In this document: positions 38,701 through 45,451 of the stretch, one piece after another
Layout of the letters: each line of letters opens with the position of its first letter
How positions within the stretch are numbered: the stretch's first letter is position 1
Source: Flavobacteriia bacterium
Lineage (GTDB): Bacteria > Bacteroidota > Bacteroidia > Flavobacteriales_D > Crocinitomicaceae
DNA: 48,119 bases
NCBI GenBank assembly: GCA_009925805.1
Contig: RFQF01000001.1
Coordinates: forward strand, 1-48,119
Direction: 5' to 3'
Made by a program: the position numbers and the translations under genes
Notes under the pieces: generated by a model
Databases searched by the model: none
What the model was told of the DNA's origin: nothing
Seen by the model: the letters and a program-made list of their open reading frames with translations, nothing else

Positions 38701-39146
38701 TTTTGTTGATTACCAAAGGTTATTCCCCGAGAAACACTTCCTTTTTTAGCGATTTCAGATCCCCCAAAAATAGGGTTTGTGTCCCCCATTTCTTCAGGTA
38801 TTTTAAAGAGGTTTTCTTTTCCTCGTTGCTGAAGGGCTAAAGCATCAAATTTTCGGTAATTTTCTGTGAGTCGAGCATTCACTCGGACATAAACTATTGC
38901 TACGGTATCATAGACGGGGTTTGGAAATTCCAATACGTTTTGTAGGTAGTTAATTCGATAGTTTGCAGTGTCAAGGAGTGCGCCTTTGAAATAGCATCGA
39001 AGGCTTCCTGGCAATACGGTCATGGAATCGATGGGGGTTATTTTGGTTGGATGCAACAAAATGGTGCGAACGGTAGGCAGAGACGTTTGGCCGTAACTTA
39101 TGGACCAACCCGTTAGAAGTAAAACAAATAGCACTTTTGAAGACAT
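35724..39146 (-). CDS. Large (1140 aa) uncharacterised outer-membrane beta-barrel protein
   Basis: Signal peptide [20 protein letters not shown], beta-rich sequence throughout, C-terminus ...GGMELRAFF typical of OMPs. I cannot name a family. Confidence 0.6.
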   Translation of the reverse strand: [1140 protein letters not shown]

Positions 39147-39211
39147 CTTTTACGAAAATACGGATTGTTAACTAACCGACTATGCCTATCTTTTGGACAA
39201 ATTTGTAAACG

Positions 39212-40351
39212 ATGAAGGGATATGGAATAGTATTTTTGAGCTGCTTGTTTCTTTCTAAGCCTCTTTTCAGCCAATCCGCTTGGATGGCCTTTTTATATCC
39301 TGAAGAAACCGCTTGGGGCACTCCCGCGCTTATAGAAGACTTTGACGGGGTTTCGACCAATCCCGAGTTATGGTATAATTACTATCCCTGGGGTGGGCTT
39401 TCGCTGGATTCTAAAACCTACACGGACGCTCGGATGTGTAAAGAGCAAGGCGGGTCCTTGTGGTTGTCCGTAGACACGGTGAGTGAACGCAGGGAATTTC
39501 CTTCGTGGATGGTCGACACCTTACTTTTGACCAAGTTGGGAATGAGGGCTTCCGACGGGAAAGTGGAAATTAACCGACTCACCTCCGCGCTTTGGAGCAA
39601 AAAAACGTTCAAATACGGTTACTTTGAATGCCGTTGTTGGTTGCCTAAAGGACAGGGCTATTGGCCAGCATTTTGGATGTACGGAGGAAAGCCCAATGAA
39701 GAATTGGATTTTATGGAAGCGAAAGGAGAGCGAACAAAGTCCTACCACGTCGATGTGCATTGTCCGAACCGTTGCGACCGTATCCGACGCTGGGGAATTT
39801 TTGACCAACCCTTTGGCCACTGGGTTAAAACTTCCGATGAAATCACCGAAACATGGGTTACTTTCGCGGGTCTTTGGACGCCGCTGGGGGTAGTTTTTTA
39901 CTGCAATGATGAGGCAGTTGCAAGCCACGAAGCATCGTTTAACACGGAAATGAATTTAATCGCTAATTTTTCCTTAGCCATGGATAAGGGAGCCTTTTCC
40001 CCTGGACCCAACCGAAAAACGGTGTTTCCTGGACAGTTCCGTATGGATTACATTCGTGCTTGGGAAATCCCTAAAGCCAATGAAATTAAGGATATGGGGA
40101 CATTGACTCAAGCACCGTATATTCGATGTGTTCATGAAAACAATCATAGATTTTGTTTTGAATTCAGCAACACAACCCTTACCAGGGATCAAAGGGCTTG
40201 GATTGAAAAAGATTCTCAACCGTTTATCGAATTGGATTTAACCGTCCATCAACAACTTCTGGACTATACCTATTGGCCAGAAGGAACATATGTGGTTAGG
40301 ATAAAAAACGGCGCAAAAGTTTCGGAGCGTGACTTGATTATAATTCCTTAA
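39212..40351 (+). CDS. GH16 glycoside hydrolase with a probable T9SS type A C-terminal domain
   Basis: Signal peptide and GH16 catalytic motif E-x-D-x-x-E (EELDFME). C-terminal tail YWPEGTYVVRIKNGAKVSERDLIIIP. Confidence 0.7.
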   Translation: MKGYGIVFLSCLFLSKPLFSQSAWMAFLYPEETAWGTPALIEDFDGVSTNPELWYNYYPWGGLSLDSKTYTDARMCKEQGGSLWLSVDTVSERREFPSWMVDTLLLTKLGMRASDGKVEINRLTSALWSKKTFKYGYFECRCWLPKGQGYWPAFWMYGGKPNEELDFMEAKGERTKSYHVDVHCPNRCDRIRRWGIFDQPFGHWVKTSDEITETWVTFAGLWTPLGVVFYCNDEAVASHEASFNTEMNLIANFSLAMDKGAFSPGPNRKTVFPGQFRMDYIRAWEIPKANEIKDMGTLTQAPYIRCVHENNHRFCFEFSNTTLTRDQRAWIEKDSQPFIELDLTVHQQLLDYTYWPEGTYVVRIKNGAKVSERDLIIIP

Positions 40352-41436
40352 CGGGAAGGCTTCTGCAACACCACTTCGAACATCGTAGGCCAATATTTAC
40401 CCGTAAGATAGGTTTTTTTGGATTTAGGATTATAGGCAATGCCGTTAAGCACTTCACCGTTTCCTTTCCCTTGTTTCACTAAGTTGGTTGCGTCGATAGT
40501 TGCTAAAACCCTTCCTGTCGAGGGTTCAATAACAGCTATTAAATTGCTCATCCAAATATTTGCATAAAGCAAACCGTTAATGTATTCAAGCTCGTTCAGA
40601 TAGGTAACCGGCCCTTGATTCGTATAAACCGAAAGTGTTTTTGTTACCGAAAAGGAAGCAGGGTCCCTGAAGAAGATTTTTTCGGAACCATCCGACATAA
40701 TGAGCTCTTTTCCATTGTGCGTTAATCCCCAACCCTCTCCAGAATAATTGTACGTTCGTTTTGGTGTAAACGTCGATGCGTCATATACATAACAGGAATC
40801 GTTTTTCCACGAAATTTGATAAAGTTCATCCTGGAAAACGGCAATTCCTTCCCCGAAAATCGGAACAGGTTTTGTTCTCCTTCGAAGGATTTTTCCGGTT
40901 TTCAGGTCGACTTCGGCAACCATAGTTAAGCCCAGGTTTTTAGGGTCTCCCGTGCCTTCGTATAGTTTTCCTTCATAAAAGGCTAATCCTTGAGTAAAGG
41001 AAGAGTCGTTGTGCGGAAAAGTGGAAGCGGCAGAAATCGTCCAATTTTCAGGAACCAAATTTGAAACAACATAAAGCACGCGTTCATCTTCTGTTGATGT
41101 GCCGTTGATGTCTGTTGAAATTACCTGAATACGATAAGCGCCAAGGGGTAGGGCCAGAGAAAGGTCGATAGATAACGATTTGTCCGGATTTATTTTGGAC
41201 AACACAAGGCTGTCGTTGATAAAAACCTCCACCTTCTGCTGGTCGGGAAGCACTTTTATAGGTGTTTTTAAGGGTTGTTGAAAGGGAACCGTTAAATTTC
41301 CGGCAGTGACAAAATACGCTTTTGGCCCCAATTCTTCGGAGCTAGCGTTGTCTCCTGAGAAGAAAATCCGGTAGAGGAAAGCCCCCACGATCAAGACCAT
41401 AAGTACCAGGATAATTCGAGTTGTTTTGTTACGCAT
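40348..41436 (-). CDS. Glutamine cyclotransferase (glutaminyl-peptide cyclotransferase-like beta-propeller) with an N-terminal anchor and Ig-like domain
   Basis: 362 aa. Motifs FTQGLAFYEGKLYEGTG, EGWGLTHNGKELIMSDGS, NELEYINGLLYANIW. Confidence 0.75.
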   Translation of the reverse strand: MRNKTTRIILVLMVLIVGAFLYRIFFSGDNASSEELGPKAYFVTAGNLTVPFQQPLKTPIKVLPDQQKVEVFINDSLVLSKINPDKSLSIDLSLALPLGAYRIQVISTDINGTSTEDERVLYVVSNLVPENWTISAASTFPHNDSSFTQGLAFYEGKLYEGTGDPKNLGLTMVAEVDLKTGKILRRRTKPVPIFGEGIAVFQDELYQISWKNDSCYVYDASTFTPKRTYNYSGEGWGLTHNGKELIMSDGSEKIFFRDPASFSVTKTLSVYTNQGPVTYLNELEYINGLLYANIWMSNLIAVIEPSTGRVLATIDATNLVKQGKGNGEVLNGIAYNPKSKKTYLTGKYWPTMFEVVLQKPSR

Positions 41437-41755
41437 TAATTTTTTGGATTAACTCACAAGTAATGTTTTCGTGAGAGGCTGAAAGGAGCATTTTCCCACG
41501 GTGAAGTACGATGATTTGCGGCGATTGATGGACCAGGTCGTAGCGTTGGGATAATTCGTTCGAAAGTTCACGGAACTGAAGTAAGTCCAAGACCCAGCAA
41601 TCTGCCTCAGCGGTGCATGTTTTTAACGTTTTAAATGCCATCGAGGACACAATGCAACGGGTGGAATGTTTAAAAAGCACCTGAATTTTATCTTGGCTTC
41701 GTTGCTCGATTTCATCCAAGCATTGGGTAGGTAGTAAGTCAAAAAAAAGCATCAT
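41429..41755 (-). CDS. ytxJ: Bacillithiol-system redox protein YtxJ (monothiol thioredoxin-like)
   Basis: 108 aa with the single-Cys motif KHSTRCIVS. Overlaps the cyclotransferase gene by 8 nt. Confidence 0.7.
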   Translation of the reverse strand: MMLFFDLLPTQCLDEIEQRSQDKIQVLFKHSTRCIVSSMAFKTLKTCTAEADCWVLDLLQFRELSNELSQRYDLVHQSPQIIVLHRGKMLLSASHENITCELIQKINA

Positions 41756-41758
41756 GAG

Positions 41759-42775
41759 TTAAAGGTGGAATTGGTCTAAGAAACGAAGGTCATTTTCGGA
41801 ATACAATCGCAAATCATTCACACGGTATTTAAGTTGAGCGATTCGTTCAACCCCCATCCCAAAGGCAAATCCAGAGTATGTTTTGGAGTCGATGCCGCAA
41901 TCCTCCAATACATTTGGGTCTACCATGCCACAACCTAAAATTTCAAGCCATCCTGAATGTTTACATATCGAACACCCGCTTCCCGAACACAAGGTACAAG
42001 ATACATCCACCTCCGCACTTGGCTCCGTAAAAGGAAAATACGAAGGGCGCAAGCGGATTTTCACCGAGCTACCGAAAAAACATTTAGCAAAGTACTCTAA
42101 CGTTTGCTTCAAATCAGCCAAAGTAACGTGCTGGTCAATATAAAGCCCTTCAATTTGGTGGAAAAAACAATGTGCTCTTGCTGAAATGGCTTCGTTTCTG
42201 TAAACGCGACCGGGCGAGAGCGTTCGTATCGGTAAAGTGGATGATTCCATAACGCGTACTTGAACAGAGCTGGTATGGGTTCGCAAGGAAAACGATGCAA
42301 AGGGATCGTCGAGAAAAAAGGTGTCCTGCATGTCACGGGCAGGATGGTCCGGGGGGAAATTCAGGGCCGAAAAGTTATGCCAATCGTCTTCAATTTCAGG
42401 CCCTTCCGAAGAAATAAAACCAATTTTTTCAAAGATCGCCACAATTTCTTGGGTAATCATGCTTAACGGATGCAAGCTTCCCGTGGTTCGGGTAACAGCG
42501 GGTTTAGAATAATCCTCGGTTTTGGTAAATTTTTTAAGTTCTTTTTTTGGGGTTTCTAATAAAACCAAGCGATCCTCAACCGCTTGTTTTAATTGGTTTA
42601 ATGCTGCTCCAATTTCCCTTTTTTCGTCGGGATTTACCGATTTAAATTCTTGATAGAGGCCTTTGATTACCCCTTTAGACCCTAAAAACCGAATTCGAAA
42701 CGATGCCAAATGTTCAGGAGTGCTGAGATCCTCTTGCTCAGCCTCAAGGCGTATTTTTTCGATTTTTTCTAACAT
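41759..42775 (-). CDS. pheS: Phenylalanine--tRNA ligase alpha subunit
   Basis: 338 aa. Motifs FPPDHPARDMQDTFF and GFAFGMGVERIA. Confidence 0.95.
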   Translation of the reverse strand: MLEKIEKIRLEAEQEDLSTPEHLASFRIRFLGSKGVIKGLYQEFKSVNPDEKREIGAALNQLKQAVEDRLVLLETPKKELKKFTKTEDYSKPAVTRTTGSLHPLSMITQEIVAIFEKIGFISSEGPEIEDDWHNFSALNFPPDHPARDMQDTFFLDDPFASFSLRTHTSSVQVRVMESSTLPIRTLSPGRVYRNEAISARAHCFFHQIEGLYIDQHVTLADLKQTLEYFAKCFFGSSVKIRLRPSYFPFTEPSAEVDVSCTLCSGSGCSICKHSGWLEILGCGMVDPNVLEDCGIDSKTYSGFAFGMGVERIAQLKYRVNDLRLYSENDLRFLDQFHL

Positions 42776-42819
42776 GCCTGTAACTTTTCTTGGCGCTTAA
42801 AGGTTTAAAGCTTGTTAGG

Positions 42820-42827
42820 CAAAAGTA
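42820..42827 (-). promoter_or_regulatory. -7 box TACTTTTG upstream of pheS
   Basis: Exact TAnnTTTG on the minus strand, 44 nt upstream of the ATG. Confidence 0.45.
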
Positions 42828-42968
42828 AGGTTTTCTAATAAACGCTTGGACAAATTCGAAAAAAACAGAGCAGTTGTTCGCGTAATTCGAGAGAAGGCAT
42901 TTTTTGAACCGATATTTTTTCCTACTTTTGATACAAATTTTTTTACAATCGAAAACAGTTTAGTTGCC

Positions 42969-43340
42969 ATGAAAAAAATTACCTTGTTTCTGTTGTCCAT
43001 GATTGCCTTGATTATCGTGGGATCATGTAAATCGAAGGACCCAGCAATATTGAAAGTGTTTGTTCGTTCCTCTTCCAATCAACTAATGAGTGGAGCTAAG
43101 GTTGTCGTTATTGGAGATCAACAGAGCAATCCTGCAACCCTACCCTTCGTAGATACTACCTACACGAACAGTTCGGGATTCAGTTCCGTGGATATGGATC
43201 AGTACTTTAACACCTCCGGCCCGGATAATACCACAGGGTATTTTGATATAATCGTAAAACACAATAACAAAACAGCTACAGGTTATTCGCGTTGTAGAAT
43301 TCATACCACAGCTGTAGAAACTATCTACTTACCAAACTAA
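42969..43340 (+). CDS. Small lipoprotein, paralog 1
   Basis: Start at MKKITLFLLSMIALIIVGSC (lipobox). About 123 aa, beta-rich; G-A-K-V-V-V-I-G and T-N-S-S-G-F segments. Confidence 0.6.
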   Translation: MKKITLFLLSMIALIIVGSCKSKDPAILKVFVRSSSNQLMSGAKVVVIGDQQSNPATLPFVDTTYTNSSGFSSVDMDQYFNTSGPDNTTGYFDIIVKHNNKTATGYSRCRIHTTAVETIYLPN

Positions 43341-43346
43341 ACAGAC

Positions 43347-43715
43347 ATGAATAATTTTAGGAATATTGCAATTTTAGGCCTACTTGTTCTCGGACTTAAT
43401 GCGTGTGTTAAAAAAGAAGATACCCTCGCCAAAATAGAGGTACGCGATGAAAGCAATAATTTAGTGGAACAAGCAATGGTGGTACTACACGGCACATCTA
43501 CCTGCAATTGTCCATCTCAAGTTGTGGTTTACGATACTGCTTTCACCAACTCCGCGGGAATTGCTACTTTTAATTATAATGAAATTTATCAATTAGGTCA
43601 GGCTGGCGTTGCGGTGCTCGATATCGAAGCCTATAAGGGTAACCGTCAGGGTCAAGGAATTATTAAGATTGAAGCCGAAAAGACGAACGAAGAAACGGTA
43701 ATTATTCAACCTTAA
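43347..43715 (+). CDS. Small lipoprotein, paralog 2
   Basis: 122 aa with lipobox GLNAC. Same layout as the upstream gene (AMVVLHG..., FTNSAGIATF). Confidence 0.6.
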   Translation: MNNFRNIAILGLLVLGLNACVKKEDTLAKIEVRDESNNLVEQAMVVLHGTSTCNCPSQVVVYDTAFTNSAGIATFNYNEIYQLGQAGVAVLDIEAYKGNRQGQGIIKIEAEKTNEETVIIQP

Positions 43716-44020
43716 GCACAAATTCTAAAGGGCCTTTTCATTTCTTCATTGAGCTCGTTCACTTCAACGAGTTGTGCTGTATGTGCGGTGAGGTCTATGC
43801 GATAAAACCTGCCATCCGGGGTTATCACCTCTTCCATTGAAGTATAAATTTGATCCATATTTGCCGTTAACCCCATTTTGTTGAGCAGAATGTTCAATTG
43901 ATGGAAGTCTATTTGGATTTTGGTTTTAACAGACAGCGGCCCAAGATTCAAAACCCCAACACAATTCACTTGATTGGAGTTGTTAGAAAAGGTTATTTCT
44001 TCGATCAACAGTGTTTTCAT
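43712..44020 (-). CDS. Hypothetical protein (102 aa)
   Basis: Clean ORF divergent from tatC. I recognise no motif. Confidence 0.4.
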   Translation of the reverse strand: MKTLLIEEITFSNNSNQVNCVGVLNLGPLSVKTKIQIDFHQLNILLNKMGLTANMDQIYTSMEEVITPDGRFYRIDLTAHTAQLVEVNELNEEMKRPFRICA

Positions 44021-44101
44021 GTTTTTTTTACAAAGATTCGCACCTAAGAACGTAATTGATTTACGTTGATTGTTTTTTCTTTCTTTCTTTTTTCAATTGG
44101 T

Positions 44102-44109
44102 TACCTTTG
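44102..44109 (+). promoter_or_regulatory. -7 box TACCTTTG upstream of tatC
   Basis: Exact TAnnTTTG, 4 nt before the ATG at 44114. Confidence 0.5.
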
Positions 44110-44113
44110 TGCC

Positions 44114-44760
44114 ATGTCCGAACAAAAACAGATGTCCTTTTTACAACACTTGGATGAGTTGCGTTGGAGGCTTGTTCGAATCGCTATTGCCGTTATTTGT
44201 GTTGGGGTTGTTATTTGGATTTTTCAGGAATGGATTATGAACCATTTGTTTCTTTCCTTAAAAGATAAAGATTTCATCTCGTTTAAATTAATGTGTAAGT
44301 ATTTGAATGTTTGCGTTGAAGACACCTCGGTCAAAATGCAAAGTATGACTATGTCTGGGCAATTCAATTATGCCATGACGATGTGCATTATGGGGGGGAT
44401 AATTGTTTCCTCGCCTTATATTTTTTATCAGATTTGGGCATTCGTTAAACCAGGACTTAAACAAAATGAACTTAAAGCGGCCAAAGGGTTGGTTCGTATA
44501 TGGGAACGGTTATCTCTACTGTATTTTATACGGGATTGCTATTTCTTTTGCCTATCGCAAGTTTTATCCTTGCAAAAATTGGATTAATCGATGCGGCTTT
44601 TTTGAAAAAGTATCGACGCCATGCCATTGTTGTTATCTTAATACTTGCCGCCGTCATTACCCCGCCCGATATACTTTCACAGATCATCGTATCCATTCCC
44701 ATCATTGGGCTTTACGAAATTGGAATTTTAGTGGCCAAAAGGGTTGAAAAGAAAAGATAA
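44114..44760 (+). pseudogene. tatC: Twin-arginine translocase subunit TatC, disrupted (internal deletion plus frame change)
   Basis: The N-terminal part (MSFLQHLDELRWRL...YQIWAFVKPGLKQNELKAAKGLV) is in one frame up to about 44493. The C-terminal part (SYMGTVISTVFYTGLLFLLPIASFILAKIGLI...AAVITPPDILSQ...LYEIG) is in another frame. The total is about 215 codons where roughly 260-270 are expected. Confidence 0.7.
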
Positions 44761-44912
44761 AAGAATAAACCAATCGCGCTACAAACCACTTTACCAGTAT
44801 AGCGATAATGCCCTAATATGGAAGAAAAACAAAATTCATTAAGGCAGGAGCTTTAGAGAGTTGTCTCGCTCCTAAGAACAGTTTATCCTAAGTTTTTTAA
44901 TACCTTCGCCCA

Positions 44913-45450
44913 ATGAAACTCTATACCCAATTGATTGAAAAAACCTACCGCGGCAGAAAAGTCGTAGATGGGGTATCCGTTGAGGTGAAGCAAGGTGAAA
45001 TAGTAGGGTTACTCGGTCCCAACGGCGCAGGAAAAACCACCTCTTTTTACATGATGGTAGGTTTAGTTCGACCGGATAAAGGGCTGGTTTTCTTGGATAC
45101 GAAAGAAATTACCCGGCTTCCCATGTATAAAAGAGCTCAGTTAGGGATTGGTTACCTCCCCCAAGAAGTTTCTGTATTTCGCAAACTTAGCGTGGAAGAC
45201 AATATCCTGGCTATTCTGGAAATGCCCCATTGCGGTTGAAGACATCCAAGCGATTATTTCGGATTTAAAAAAACGAAATATTGGCGTGTTAATTACCGAT
45301 CACAATGTGCAAGAGACCCTTTCCATTACCGACAGGGCGTATCTATTGTTTGAAGGAAAAATTCTGAAAAGCGGCACCGCAGAAGAATTAGCCAACGATG
45401 AGCAAGTGCGAAAGGTGTATCTAGGGCAAAATTTTGTCTTAAGAAAATAA
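44913..45450 (+). pseudogene. lptB: LPS export ABC transporter ATPase LptB, disrupted (internal deletion plus frame change)
   Basis: Walker [10 protein letters not shown] and Q-loop YLPQE lie in the first frame up to ...ILAILEM (about 45224). PIAVEDIQ...[11 protein letters not shown]...VRKVYLG lies in the second frame. No LSGG signature or Walker B appears in any frame. Confidence 0.75.
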
Positions 45451-45451
45451 A

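Noticed and set aside
39521-39928. A 135-aa ORF antisense within the GH16 gene (also 39624-39893 in another plus-strand frame).
   Set aside because: The GH16 frame carries the catalytic ExDxxE motif and a signal peptide. The alternatives have no features.
44403-44747. A 114-aa ORF in the third frame across the tatC lesion.
   Set aside because: Its translation (His/Cys/Arg-rich) has no TatC similarity. The other two frames account for all TatC-like sequence.
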